Part shown: piece by piece, positions 13,191 through 27,716 of the stretch
Layout of the letters: the number at the start of each line of letters is the position of its first letter
Position numbering within the stretch: position 1 is the stretch's first letter
NCBI GenBank assembly: GCA_028534125.1
Contig: CM052818.1
Coordinates: 22,136,001 to 22,200,000, forward strand
DNA from: Lama glama
Lineage: Eukaryota
Length of the DNA stretch: 64,000 nucleotides
Direction of reading: 5' to 3'
The notes under the pieces: model-generated
What the model was told of the DNA's origin: nothing
Database searches by the model: none
The model's input: only the letters and a program-made list of their open reading frames with translations
Made by a program: the position numbers and the translations under genes

Positions 13191-16100
13191 ATGTCTTATT
13201 TCAGAATAGTTGAACAACCGAGCTGTAGATTGTAAATGTGCAGTGAAATAATAAACCTGCCTCTAAACCTGCAACACACATTTATACATTTGTATTCATG
13301 GGTCCCTCCATCTCCCAGTTGGGGTTCCATTCTTGGCATGGCCCACAGGTCATGGTGGTCTACTCCTACATGGTGCCCTCCAGCAGTTAATCCACTTAAA
13401 TTTAGCTTCTAAGTAACTTCTATAACTTTGTTCTGGATAGTTCTGAAACCATTTTTCTGGCCTATGGGATGTTATGTCTGCAAAGCATTCCTTATTAATT
13501 CAGTTATCTTTTTTTGTGGTTGCTGTATTTTTTTCTCCATTTCAGATGTTGGCCTAAGCCACATTTGTTTTCTAACAAGTACGAGGAACATCTGAGTCTT
13601 TCAGAAAAATCAGAGATGCTTTTCTGAAGAGAGATTAAAATAACTCTTTGTTGTCCAAACTTCCAGAGGGATCTTCTTCAAACAGAGATGCCTGTAGAGA
13701 GAGGAAAGGAGTTTCCAATCTTGGCCCATTACGAGTAGAAACACCTGAGTACAGGGCTTTGCTGATGCTTTTAATGTAGCGCTTCCTCCTGCCTGGCCAG
13801 CATGGAGATTTAGAACTCACCTCTCCTTTGGTTACTGGTAAATTCCATGAGCCTTAGAGAATGAGATTAAAGGTTAGGAGTCTCCCTATATCATCCTGAT
13901 CGGCTAACAAAGGTTGGGGGAAAAGAAGGGACCTGCCATCTCATGACCATTTAGACACCCTGACCTCTGGTTTTACTGGTGTGACCCTGACACCAGGCCA
14001 GGCTTTGAGCAAGATTGTCAAAGTACAGATGTTCACTTCTGCTCGGGCTCTTTTTCCTCCTTGCCTACAAGTCACATCGGTGCCCACTCCTTCCTTGCAT
14101 ACAGATGTCTCAATGACCCTAGTCATTACCTTCCTTGGGGCTCCTTGTTGTATTATAGAGGTCTACATTTTGAAATGAAGTGATGAATCTAGGCGGTGGA
14201 ATTTCAGGCCTTACATAAGGGAGGACCTAAAAGCAGAGATTAGAAGGTTGTTTCCTAATGCTGGTGAAATCACAGTTTGGGCAGCTACCTGCTTGGTCTT
14301 TACCATGGCCCTGCCTAGCTAGTGCTTTATTTGGAGGGCTGTGCTCATGGACTTCTGAATTTCTGAATTCCACCCAAGGGTAGTTGAGGTTCAGAGTGTG
14401 GAATGAAATCATGTTTTCTGCATTGTGTGGCTTTTCTGCAAAGAGTTCTGGCATGAAAAGATACTCTGTCAGCTATCACCGATTTTTATCTCTCAGTTCC
14501 TAGAGAGGGGCCTGGCCAACTTCATCTCTGGTGCCAGATCTCTTTAAGACCATTTTCTAAACATGTGTTTGAGCAAAAGGAATGAGGAGTTCACCTCTTA
14601 TGGAATGCATTGACAAAGCAAGCTAGAAAAACAAAACTTGTAGGGACCAGCTTTTCTTCAGTGTTATCTGTTACTTCAACAGGCCAATTCAGGTCATGTT
14701 AGAACAAGCGATTTGATCTGCAAACAGCCTCATTCTTAGGTGAAATTTCTGACAATGATGATAATCCATCGCCTGTTGCTGCTATTCACTCTCAAACTTA
14801 GAATCCAGTCAGTTAACAGATTAACCAAGTAGTTGTTAAACATCCATTGTAGACCTAGCTAGCAGGAGGTCTTGGGTAAGATGCAAAGTGAAGAGTAAAA
14901 GGTCTCCATCCTTGAAGAACTTATGAGCTAGGTAGTGAGATAAAACCCATGCTTGTGAACCTGACACAATGTATATAAACCACTTAACTGTATGGCGGAT
15001 ACACTAAAGACCAAGGGCCTATAAACAAGGGGAGGAGTACAGGTGGGTTGGAGAAGTCCAGGAGGCTTTCCCTAGTAGCAAGGCAAGAAAAGAATACAGG
15101 TATTCAGTCTGCCATTTCGAGGACTTTTCAGAATCTACCGTGTTGATCAGCAGCTCTTGTTGAGAGGAGAGAGAAGTCATGCTGTCCACTCTGTAGACAG
15201 TGGGACCTAACAAGGGGAAGATTGTGACAGTTTCATGATTTGTTGATTGGAAGTTGTCGTAAAGAGCTTTGCTTCCACTTGAGTCAAAGGTGACCCAGGA
15301 AATTCACAAAATAAATGGTTTGCTGCTTAACAGGAGAAAACATCCATGGTGAATCTTTGGTGGCTTTAATAAAGAACAGCATTTACTCCAAGTGTTGCAT
15401 TTCCAAGCCTTATGGAAAAAAATGAATACTAATGGGAAAATTAATACAAATGTAGCAATATTTAAATTTTAAAATATTTTAATAGTATTTTTCCCTAAGG
15501 AGCTTTTATTTCCTTAGTCTTAATTATCTTCTTAACCAAGCTAAAGGTAAAAAAGCATGACGTGCAAACGTGAGTTCTGCATTACATATGCAAATACGTG
15601 TTGAGAGTTAGTTTTTGCCTGGCATGGAAAAACTATGTCGCAGTAGATTTAAACTGAGAAAGAAATTTCTAAAGTAGCAAATAGGAGCAACCATAGTAAT
15701 GAAGAAAGTTCTCTAGAAAACTGACACATCTCATATGTGGAAAACTGCCACTTCACAAATATATTAGGCACTTACCACCATATGGGCTGTTTTGCTACAA
15801 CTATTAAGAAGCAATTAAGTAAAGATCTGAGATGAAGGAATGCATATGATCTTTGGCCCATACATAAACTGAATCCTACTTTTGAGTTTACATGAAAATG
15901 TGGCTTATTTTTTCTATTTTAATATGTTACCTTTTTAAATAAAACAGTAAGATAATAGATTGATTCAAAAGTGAAAAATGTAAGTTTTATACATTTCATA
16001 TTAGATTGCTTAAAACCCCAAAAGTAAATTCTTTTGAAAAATAAATGTTTTTGTAATAATGTTAAAAAAAAATTATCTTCTTAGAAATTGTAGCTGAGGT

Positions 16101-16739
16101 GCTCAAGCATTTTGAATGCTGAATGGAAGGATTTGAGACTAACAAGCCCCAAAGGCAACTAATATAAAGTCATCTTCTCCTACACGTTAAGGAACATTTT
16201 AATATCAAAAATGTATTTTTTTTCTCTTTAGGCAGAAAATATGAATTAGGCAGTAGAGTATTTAGGCTAAAGAGGAATCATAGTAGGCTTAAAATGAAGG
16301 CAAGGAAAATGAATGACATGTTTTGGTCACCTTTCCCTGCTTGGCACAGTTTTTGTCCTCTCTCCTCTGGGCCTTGATCCTTACCCATCTGTTTATAATC
16401 TTCTAGTTGAAACAAGCTGCATTAGTCATATCAGCTGCACAAGATACATTCACCCTCACATCCTTTGACCTTTTCCCTTTGTATCTTATTTTCCTCGCTC
16501 ACCCCGAACATTGAGACTCCTGACTGCTCATTTTGCCTCCCCTCCACACAATGATAGTATTCTCTTCTTCACCATGTATTCTGAACTTTCATTTTATTTT
16601 GTGAATGCTCTTCATTACCAGTTCATCCATCATTAAATGTATTTGCTGAGGGCCTACTCTGTGTCCTTGCCTAAACCCAGTGCCCGTATGCTCATCACCT
16701 CTGATTTACAGGAGAAAAGAGTGACCATCAGGCATGGAG

Positions 16740-17320
16740 TCTCTCCGTGTTGACACCCACTCTACTCATAGTTCTCTCCCTTGTTGTATAGCCAGACTCT
16801 TGGAGAAGGTTGTCTGGGTTTGCAGCCTCCACTTCCGCGCCGTCTTACTCATTCCTTGAACCGCTGCAGCCTGGATGCTTCCTCCACCACTTCACTGAAG
16901 CTGCTTCACTGACAAAGGTGAAATAGGAGTGACTGACCTCTGAGTGACAAAAGCCAGTGGATGCTGTTCAGTCTTTATCTTCCCGGATTTTTCTCTGGAA
17001 TTTGACACCGTTGCACAATGCCTTCTTTAAGGCACTCTTCCTTTGTGGCCTCCTTTGGCCATTGCTTCTTCCTTCTCTCTCAGGGCCCCTTCCTCATGCC
17101 TCCTCCTGAATGTTGATGAACCTCTTTGGCCTGCATCTCCACTCTTTTTTTCACTTTGTGTTCACTCGTCCGGCTGGCAACACACAGACATTAATGAGTC
17201 AGTCCTTGATCTAGAACTTGTACAGAATCATAGATTCACTCTCTATTGGACCACTCCTCCCGCATGTCCCATAGCAATCTAAAAGTCAGCAGTTTCCAAA
17301 CAAGCCCCCAGGCGTTTCCT
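16740..17320 (+). mobile_element. L2 LINE ORF2 fragment
   Basis: CCACCACTTCACTGAAGCTGCT...AAAGCCAGTGGA...TCAGTCTTTATCTTCCCGGA...ATTTGACACCGTTG resembles the L2 RT region (degenerate LDLSAAFDTV motif); pyrimidine rich. Confidence 0.7.
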
Positions 17321-17884
17321 CTGCACACTGAGGTCTGAACAGTCATCTCTTAGGGTGTGCCTAGCATCACATTCCCCCCACCCCCACCCCGGCCAGCTGT
17401 AGTCAGAGGACTTCTTGAAAGGAAACTGGACTGAGGGTCTTACGGAGGATCCTTCCAATATTATTGACTGTGTTCATATGCTCAGTAACAAAGGAACATT
17501 GGTTTTAAAAGTCATTGGGTTTTGATATCCCTCCAGTAAATTTGAAATGATTTTCTTTTTTTCTTTATGTTGATGATTGTCAATTTGAGGTAGCAAGTGG
17601 CAGGTGTTGGTAACTTTATTTGGAGATGGAAAAGTCAAGACCCAGGAGTAGGCAGAATATGTCCACAGTCAAAAAGCGATTCATTAAGGAGTCAGAGATT
17701 GATTCATTTATTCATTTACTCAACACATAAGTACTGTCAGCATCGAGGATGTGTCCGGCAGGATAGAAATACAGTGGAGCATCAGACAGACAAGAGTTTT
17801 GGCATCATGGGCTATCCTTTGTGCTGTGCTGCTTCTTAGCCCCTGTCTTTGCTCTGTTTTTTTCCATCTAATTAGTGATGAGTG

Positions 17885-18130
17885 ATAATAATTAGCAAAT
17901 GTTGACTGTGGGGCCAGGCACTATTTTAGGACTTAACGCATACTGACTCATTTAATCATCAAGACAACACTGTGAGGTCCCTAATATTATTATTCTCATC
18001 CTGCATCCTACAAAGAGGGAAAGTTGAGCAGTAGGAAGTTTAGAAAATATGCCCGAGGTCATACCGCTACAAAGTGGTAAGGTCAGGATTTGAACCAGGC
18101 AGTCTGGTTCCAGATCCAGTGCTCTTTGCC
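17885..18130 (-). mobile_element. MIR SINE
   Basis: GCCAGGCACTATTTTAGG...CTCATTTAATC...ATTATTCTCAT...GGATTTGAACCAGGCAGTCTGGTTCCAGA = reverse MIR. Confidence 0.8.
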
Positions 18131-21100
18131 ACTCTCTTGGCTGTGTTAGTGCTTAGCACTACAGTATGCCCTTCTGCTCATGTTTATGGTGCTCTGTCTG
18201 TTGGATATGACAAGCTAGTTCTCAACATGCAAAACATGACCTGCAGTTTAAATAACAAACATATGGACTTACTTTGCTTTCTTGAGATATCTCTCCCCTG
18301 CCTCCCTTGGGCATTACTGGTCTCATCTCCTAATCTGAAATCAGTAGAAAAGGAACAAAAACTTGTAGTTAAGTCCAAGTGGTTGTGACAGATTGCTAAA
18401 TAAAACTGGCTCAACTGAATTTCTGAGATTCTTGAGAAATACTGAGAATTTCTTACAAAAGAAATTTTCCTTATAATAGGAAATCATGGGGTATTGCACA
18501 GTTATAAATGGCTTAGCAAAGAGAAAACGTGTCTTGAGGCTAAGAAGCATAAAATCTTAATGAGATTTTTTGTGGGCTGCTACTTAGGCATAATTTTTAA
18601 ACTATTAGAAAATATATTTTCCATCTGTCATTACCATCTTTAGTTTTTACTGTTGAAACTTAACATAATTTTTAAAATCGTCAGGGTTGTTGAAAGAAAA
18701 AGAAAAAAAAATAATAAGCCTTTATATAAGATTTTGAAGTTTACAAAGCCCTTTCATACACATACTTGATGGTCTTCTTTTTACTCTCTTAGAAAGAAAA
18801 CAGAATCACAAGGTTATCAGTACATGTTGCAGTTTTTAAAAATTGCCTTCATTTTCTTATGTGGTAATCCTAGACTTTCACAGAATGCCGTAAAAAGGCA
18901 AGTGGTTTTGTTCTGTTTTGTTCTGTTTTGTTTTGCATCAGGGAAAATTCCTGGTCTGGCATATTTGTGTCCTGGCCACCAGTCCCCAAGAGATGGCCAC
19001 ATTTCTCCCAATTTTAAATGAAACTCTCAGTCCCAAAGGTAAACTTTAGCTCGACCACATTCTGAATAATCACAAAATCAAGATCAGACGGGCCCACATG
19101 AATGAGATTTTCTGTTTGGTCTCTACAATGTCCAGAGCATTAACAAAATATATATCTATATGAAGGGTGCTGCTGTGTAAATAAGCCTGCTCCTTTTTGA
19201 TTATTGCAGTCAAACAGGAAAAGGCCATTTGTTTTGGTAGAAACTGTGGAAGGATATCTAGGTAGCCAAGGAAAAGCTGGATTGTTACTAAAGGATGTTT
19301 CATACCAACAAGAAAATAATTTACAAGGCAGTGGGTAGAAACTATTTTCAAACACTGATCAAGTCCCTTAAGCTGTCCTTTTGGGTGATGCGTAAGTATG
19401 TTGGTTTGTTTTTTGCTTGACTGTTTATTCTTTTTTTTTTTTAATCCAGAAGAATCTCTTTTTCCTGTAAAGCCAGAGTTTAAGGCTCAGCTTCTTTTCA
19501 GCTTGGATAAAGTGAAAAGTAAAAGTCTTTCAATACTAATTATAACCTGCATAAGTCTAGTGAAGAGAAACTTAGGAAACATAATTCTTGTTTTCTAGCT
19601 GAGCTTCAATGCCATATAATTAATATAATTCAATCACTTCTTACTCATTTTTTTCTTCTGCCTGATTTAAGACATCAGAATTTAATTCATAGCTAGAATG
19701 AAAACCGGACTTAGGAAAAACTTGAAAAGACTAGAGAGGGATTTGCATTGTGCTGCATGGTTGAACACGTCCCTGAAGTAGCAGCTTTAGAATGCCACAT
19801 CCTGATAGAATTCCCCGTGGAAAACTGGCCAGCAGAGCGGTTTCCCAGCGCCTTCCCCCTTGTCTGCACCACTCTGAACTGTCATGAGGGCCCTGGATGG
19901 GAACCTAGGGGGCTTCACAGGATTGCTCCACAGCCTGATGGAAGGGCACTAGTCTTACTGGGCAATCTGTGCTCTGGTTTATAAGCCCCAGGCTGTGGGT
20001 TTTGAAATTGGCCAGCCACCCTGGCTTAACGTTGGATAAATATTCCTGGGTTCTAAGTAGGATGGGGAGTTCAAAGCCTTGTTTTTCCTTCCACAGCCAG
20101 TCTGTGACATGTTATGAGATCTGAGTGGAGTGGCCATGTTTGGAGTGGATCAGGGAACATGTCCTATTCCTAATGAACATGTACACCCATGGTCACTCAG
20201 AGGGCAGATTCTAACGCACTGGACCTACTCACCCAGACCAGATTCACCCCTGGGGCAGTTGAAACCTATGTGAAATGACTTGAGAAGTATTAAGCAATGC
20301 CTTTTATTCTCCATGCCCCGCCCCCTCCAGTTTTCTCAGATACCTCCTCCATTTTGAGCTGAATCTTGAAGTTTCACAGGTAGACTTTCATTCCTTAAGT
20401 ATATGGGTTTGATCCCTTCTAAAATGGAAATCCCACTGTGAGGTATATATTGCTTTAAAGTATTATCAGTCATTGAAACCACAGTATGAATTATAATATT
20501 AAAGTTTCTTTGATTTTGACAGGAAGAGACGTTGGTTGGGTGTAGTGTCAGAGATAGGATAAGACCGGGTGGCAGGGATAGGGGATAGAGCTTGGAACCA
20601 AGACAGATTGCAAGTTGCCAGCTTCACACGTGTGGCCAGGGTGACGACCACAGTGACTTCTTCCCCACCAGAATTTGCTCCCGTGTGTTCAGTGAAACGG
20701 GGCATCCTGTTTTCCATTTACTTCTCCCTGCTGGCAGGGAAAGACTTTGGAGGTCTTTTTTACAGCTTTGACTCTTTCTCACCCCTTCTAGATGTGGTTC
20801 CATTTCCGTTCCAAGATGAAAGCTTGTCTTTGTCCCCTCCCAGAATAGTTCCAGGCAGCAGAACACAGTGAATCCTTCCAGATAAAAGACGTGCTGATAA
20901 AATGCCAGATTGTTATCAGAGAAGCGAAGTGAGGGGAGTCAAGTCCCTACCGTTAATTACCTAGTTACAGCTTTGTTTATATCCTGTTCATTTGGGGGCA
21001 TGTTTTCCTTGGACAGTTTCTTGTCTGTGTCCTGAACTACAGGCTGATGTTTGTAAAAATCCCAAAGGTCAGGGAATAGTGGGTTCCTTCTTTTCTGAAA

Positions 21101-24100
21101 GGTTTAATGGCAAGAAAGAGAATATCAGAGTTTCTGTCTTCCATCTGGAAAGAAATGGACAAATGCTTGGTGTTGGCGGTTCTTTCCTCACCTCAAGTGT
21201 ATAAACCCTAGTGTGTTGAATGAACTCTGACTTTGAATACTTAGCCAAGAGGTTACCTGGAAATAGAATGGTGTTTATCTTTGCAAAGCCCTGAGTATCA
21301 ACCAGTGAATGACTGGATATCTAGACATTGAGGCGAGTCTAAAACTCTCTAAAACTGCTGGGTGAATGGGCTTAATGCCGCTGAACTGTACACGTACAAA
21401 TGTGTAAGCTTTCTGTTATGTATATTTTACTGATATAAACGAGTAAATGAATGAGCGAATGATCTTTGCTTCCTGGCAGCTCCAGCACTTCGGTCACAGT
21501 TGGAAATACTGTAGTGTTGGGCTGCATGTTCTGCTTTATATTGAACAGGATTGCTTTTGCATGTAAGGTATTGTGCACCCTTTAAGAGTTGTGACACTGA
21601 AAACACAGAGAACCTTAATGAACACAAGACAAAGAGACTGTTTTGCCCCCATCATATGGACATATTGGGAAGTCTGGGCTTGGGGAATGAAATCATCATT
21701 GAAAATAATTAATTCTAAGCTACTATAGAGATTCTCCTTCCATAAATATAACAAAGGGGAGAGGAAGAGGGTCTCTTGATGGCTGGAATAGTAGCATCTG
21801 TTGCTCTGATTCTCAACTAGAGGCGCTGAAGTGCTCCATCACTACAAGTAGTATTAAGTTAACCTTATCTGCATATCTGCAGCCATTAAGTGGCCAAGCA
21901 CATATTTCTTCACCAAATTAAACTCGAGTCTGACCTTACATTTTCCTGCTAGGTTCTGTTGTCAGCCCAACCGATTTTTGCTGTAAGTCTGACTCTTGAC
22001 CAGTGATTTAACCAGCTTTTTCAGCCTCACTGGTGATAGGGGTTCTTTTTGAGGACTAGACAAGTGCTCTTTTTTTTGGCTAAACCAAGAAACTTCTCGA
22101 ACCTTACAAACATGTTACCTGGTAATATAACTGCAATATGATTTCAGCATAGAAAAAGAAAGCATGAAAGTAGCTCTATTCCAAATTGGTAAACTGTTTT
22201 CCTTGTTAACCCTGAAAGCCCTAAACTCAGAACTCTGACTAAAAGGTGCTTTTTTTTTTCCCTATAAGAGAGACTGGGAGCAAGGGTTGAGGGGGGCAGG
22301 GTGGGGTTATTCCTACCATTATTTGAAGGTATTTGTGAAATATTCACCATGGTTTCAGCAATACTTTTCTCATATTTAATTTGAGTATTTTCCTTAGAAA
22401 AGGCAAGAACCTATAGGAATTTAGGAAGAAGTTAAAGTAAATTTAAAATACGAAAGTTCACTTTGAGTGAAACCAGTAAAAACAAGCCCTGACCTCATAT
22501 GTAAGAAAAATCTGAATTAAAAAAATATGTATTCTTTTAGGAAATAAAGATTTTTCCAGAATAACGGGTAGATAAAGCAGTCTGGTGTGAAAAGTGCATG
22601 TTAAAAATCTCCACTTTAAAAAATAAGATTTCTTTGCTTTTTTCTTGACTAATGGTTTTGTCAGAATAATCATTTGAGTAATGAATGAAATGCTTTGAAG
22701 TACGCGAGGGAGTGGAGAATTTTTCTGTGCCTTGTAGAAACTGGTGATACAAATTATAAACTAAATGATTAAAAATTCCACCAATTTACCAAGGATCCGA
22801 ATACTAGCAATTGTAGCCAAAGCCATAGAAATCTACCAATGAAATCATGAAACTTGAACGGAAGTGATCCAGATTGTTTCATTTTCTTTTGAACTGCTGT
22901 ATTTATTAGATCTTAGCACTCAGAAGTTAAACAGTATTGAATTTTACACATAGCACTTTATTTTTAATCTTGGGTTGGAGGTTATGTCCTTGGCATGATT
23001 GAAGAATGACTCATACAATTTGCACTGACTTTTTTTTTTTTGATGGGCAAGGAGGGAAGCTGGGGAGTAATATGATAATGAATTGATGCTAAATTTGTTA
23101 GTTGAATTCAAATGAAAATAAGAACTGTCACTTAATGATTTTGCTTCTTTTTCTATTCATGTGTATATCCTCTGTGAAGATTTTCTTGAATCTTACTGAT
23201 GCTTAAAATGCAATATAAAATATCTCTTGGCCACTAAAAGTAGCAGTGGGAATTAGCAGTGATTTTTCTCCTAGTAAATGTATCAAATTGTGTCACAGCC
23301 AAAACCTTCAGTCACATGGACATACCAGAATTCTTTATTGACGTGGTCCCCATCTTAAAATACAATTACCATGAAATTAATGTATTAAGCCTCAGTCACA
23401 ACCTGAGGAAGGACTTAAAGGTAATGTGATTCTCCTTATAATTAGTAACCTAAATGCTAGAAGGCTTCGACCATATAGTAATGTACCTTGCTTCTGAACA
23501 AAGATAATACCACCACTGAAATTGTATACTTGTAACACTAGTATTTTTTTAATTAGTGGTAGGATTTGAGGGTGTGTGTGTGTGTAATCTATTTTGTTTC
23601 ATCTTCAAACTTTGTACAGAAGTCTCCATTGTGCATTCATTGGGACTATGTTAAATAATAGTTCACTAATTTGGTTTCTGTTTGTTCAAAATTCAGCATG
23701 ATTCAAACAGAGATGAGTTGAAAATTACTTTTCACTATGGAATAAGCAAATTATCAAAATAAGCAAACATAAAAGATACCAGGAGGCAGGTCCAATCTAC
23801 TCAAGATGGAGGAAAAATCTGTTTTGCCTTAATAATAACCACATGGAAAATTCTACTGCTAAATGCAAAATTTATTAAAGCTGGCCCAACAGATTCGGCA
23901 TTGCTTGGTTGAATGGTGTGAGTTGTCAAGTGTACATAAGAGTTATAAAGTTGAACTTCTCTTAACGTTTCAATCCTGGGATGGTAAAAATGTCTTCTAG
24001 TTGGGGCACACAGGATTTTGCAGCCACCAAGGCTCTGGAGTCAGACAGACCTGACTGTGACTCCCTGCTTGTCCACTCACTGCTTTGTGAGCTTGGTCAA

Positions 24101-24423
24101 GTTGCTTAACGTCTCTGAGCCTGTCCTAGAAGAGCATATGGAAGTTTTGGAACAGTTTCCTGGGGGGGAAAAAAATAAAGTTTTTGGTTTTTGATTTTTA
24201 TGCAGTTAACTGTTAGGATTTAAGTGTTTATTGATTTGATTCTTTAAGAAAGCACAAGGAGAAGTTAGTTCTGGTTGTAAAAATTCAAAGGAAATAGCTA
24301 GGCTTGTTTAGTATGAGGAAGAGAAGGTTTGGGATGTTTTGGAGATGACGCTGGAGTCTGAGAAGGAAGAACAAAATGAGACGTATAACTTAGTAACATT
24401 TCTGATGAATGTGGGATGTTATT

Positions 24424-25285
24424 TTTAAAAAACAGCATTATTGAGGTATAATTGTTACATATAAGTTTAAACACCCACAAAACCATCACCAGTGTCAAGG
24501 TAGCAAACATGTCTGTCACCGACAAAAGTCTCCTTGTGCCCCTTTGTAACCTCCTCCAACAACCTGCCCCCATCACCTGGCAACAGCTGTTCTGTGTTCT
24601 ATCCCTAGAGATTAATTTGCACTTTATGAAATTTATATAAATGGAATCATACATTATGTCTTTTATTTTGTCTGACTTTTTCGCTGAGCATAATAATTTT
24701 AAGATTCATCCATGTCATTACATGTATTACTAGTTTCTTCCTTTATATCGCAGAATGGTATTCCCTTGTATAGATAGCTATACCACAGTTTGCTTATGTA
24801 CTCGCCTGTGGATGGACATTTGTGCTGTTTAGTTTTGACTATTCCAAACAAAGTTGCTAGAAATATTCGTGTACAAGTATCTCTACGGACATGTGTTTTC
24901 ATTTCTCTAGGGTAAACATCTAGGCGTGGAATGAGTGGGCTGTAGAGAAGGTGTATGTACATTTAACTGTTTAAGAAACTGCCAAATTATTTTCCAAAGT
25001 GATTGTACCATTTTACATTTCCACCGGCAGAGGATGAGAATTCCACTGGTTCCGTATGCTAGCCAACACTTGGTGTGCTCGGTCTTTTTAATTTTCTAGT
25101 GAGTGAGTAGTGACATCTCACTGTGATTTTAATTTGAACTTCCCTAATGGTTAAGGACATTGAGCATCGTTAGATGTGTTTCTTTGCCATCCATGTATCT
25201 TCTTTGCTGATGTCTTGGCTCAAAGTTTGACTCAATTTTTTGTTGAATTGTTTTCTTATTATTTGGAATATGTTCTGGACACAAA
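24424..25285 (-). mobile_element. L1 (L1MB/MC-like) 3' end including ORF2 C-terminal remnant
   Basis: TTGAGGTATAATT...ATATAAATGGAATCATAC...GATGGACATTTG...AAACTGCCAAA..TTTTCCAAAGTGATTGTACCATTTTACA; ORF 24699-24962(-) gives L1 ORF2-like YPREMKTHV...KCPSTGEYISKLWY. Confidence 0.9.
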
Positions 25286-27686
25286 TCAAAAGGTGATGCT
25301 TTTAGGCATAGATTCATTTATTCCCCTGGCATGTAGAACCAGGAAAACAAAATTAAGTTGCAGCAAGAAAAGAGTATAATTATATTTAACGAAGTACTTT
25401 TTGACTGTGACATGAATGTGGGCACTAGAGCAACCAAAGGAGAATGTAAAACTTTCCCTGAAGGTATTTAAAAATAGGGTTGGGTTGGCAGTGGTCTATT
25501 TGGATGCAGTAGGGATGCTGATGTATGACTTAATTTACCTAATTATAGTCTTCATTTGAGATAAGAAACTTCCCTGGGGCAGATCTATTGCTAACATCTC
25601 AATATTCCTTGCTCTTTTGTGCTATTTTTTTTTTTCAGGCCCCAAATTTCGTGCAATTTCTTGGAATTTTTCAAAACTTTTCTTGTACTCTATGGTTTTT
25701 AAAAATTCTGTCTTTCTGATTTTAGCTTGAAGTGTTGCTGTGAAACCTGAGGAGGGTCACTCAGGGGTATGAATTAGCTTTAGCAAAAAACAAATGGCAG
25801 TGTCTGGAGAGGAATCAGATTAAAAGCAATGCTCAAATTTCCCTCATCCAGCAGTAGCACAAATCACTGTTTTAGCTGCTAGTATGGGGAAGATTCGTTT
25901 AACTCTCTGTAGAGGCAAAATAATTAACTGGATTCTAGAGAAGAGGTTTTACGTGATTAAAGGAGTTGGGGCTGTTTTAGCCCATGGAAGAGAAGAAGAG
26001 TAGGGGTGATTTAATGACAGGATTCCAATATAGTTAATGAAGGGTTTTCCTGTGTGTAGAAAACACTGGTCATTTGTTCTCCAGCTCCAAAGAGTCTCAA
26101 ACCAGAGAAAACTGGCCCCAACTATAGAAAGATTGAGTGTGGTTTGTGTTAGACATAAAACTTCTATTATCAGCCTCAATATTGTTATGAGATTAAGCAA
26201 TGGAACAAGTCAAGAGAGGTCATAAAGATATTTTAAAATAAGAAAGATAGCTGTCTGCCTGGCATGTTTAATGTCCATTGAGTTACAGTATTTTATTATT
26301 GAAGGAGACCTTCCAGATGACTTACTCTCATCGCCTTTTACAAAGGAGCATGTGAAAGGACATTATGAAACTTGCCTGTTGCCACGTTTAGATACTAATA
26401 TTTTAATTTGAGGATGTTTTAAAAGTTGCTTCCCTTAAGGGACAATGTAAGAATTTCTGCTTCACAGTAGGTTTCGCTCCACCAAAACAGTCACTTAAAG
26501 CTAATGACTACGTGTATTATTTTCCCCCAATAAGCCCATGAAGATCCTGCCAATATACTGACCTGTGTCTGTTGTCATTAAAAATGTTAAAGATTTTTAT
26601 TCTTGGACATTTTGAACTTGTCTCTAAATAAATACTGTACTTTGAAAGACTGTAGATGATTTGACCCAAGGTGGTCAGTATTGAGAGAGGACAGCAGAGG
26701 ACACTGCCACAGCCTTTGGGGAGCCTGCCCCAGTCTGGTATGGCACTCTTCACAAACTTTTGGCTGATGGCTGTGCTCCAAAGACTACAGTTTCATGGAT
26801 GACTATATCCTAGTGACTAATTTGCCTTCTTTAAAGATAGTACATTATCAAGCGTTAGGTTTTATTTTATTAAACACTAGTTAGAGCAGTAAGAAACACA
26901 TTTAGGCCACCAATTCATTGTGTATGGGATCTGCAAATATGAGTTCTAACCATTGGAATTAATGGGATAAATTGCTTATAAAGGATTGCACATTCTTTAC
27001 TACAACAGAAAGAAGTTGGCACAATGCAGTTTATTTGATTGTGGGTACATTTTATTTGGGTAACTCATCATTCTGTACATGTTCCCACTAGACCATCTAA
27101 AACAAAAGCTGACATATGTTTATATAGTATTATATACTTATTTCAAAGGGTTTATGTGAGTACTAAAAGTGAGATTAAATATTTGAAAGCACCTAGCATG
27201 TTGCCTGGCATCTTGCAGACACTCAGTAAACATTCCTACCTTCCTTTCCCTTTTCTTTCCTTAGGTTTTAGCAGGGGTATTGGAATCTTTCAGAAATATA
27301 ACAAATCCTTGTGAAAAGGGAGGTTAATAAAATTGTTCACATTTGAAAGTGTTTATTTAAAAATTATCATCGGGGTATGTTAAGCACTCACTTGACTCAC
27401 AGGATGCTTTGATTTTACAAGATTTTAATATCTTTTCGGAAAGACTCACCTGAAAAGTCAAGTTCTGTTAGTCCAAGAAAAATTTACTCAGCACCTGTGT
27501 TTTGGCCACCCAGTATTGGGGTAGGTTTAGGGTGCTTTGAATGCCAGAATGAGGAATTTGTATTTACTGTGGTGATACCTATCAAGAGAGCTATCATAGC
27601 TTCTGGAACATATGACAGCTAAAAAACAAACAAACAAAAAAACCTTTTAAAAATGAGACCAAAAACATTCCTTTTCAAATCTTCCG

Positions 27687-27716
27687 CCTAAAAAAATATA
27701 TATATATTTTTTTAGG
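27687..27716. repeat. Perfect 30-bp palindrome centred on (TA)5
   Basis: CCT-A7-(TA)5-T7-AGG equals its own reverse complement; a second (AT)n run follows at about 27722-27736. Confidence 0.9.

Noticed and set aside
24298..24962. 118-aa and 87-aa minus-strand ORFs
   Set aside because: Decayed L1 ORF2 end and 3'UTR, not host genes.
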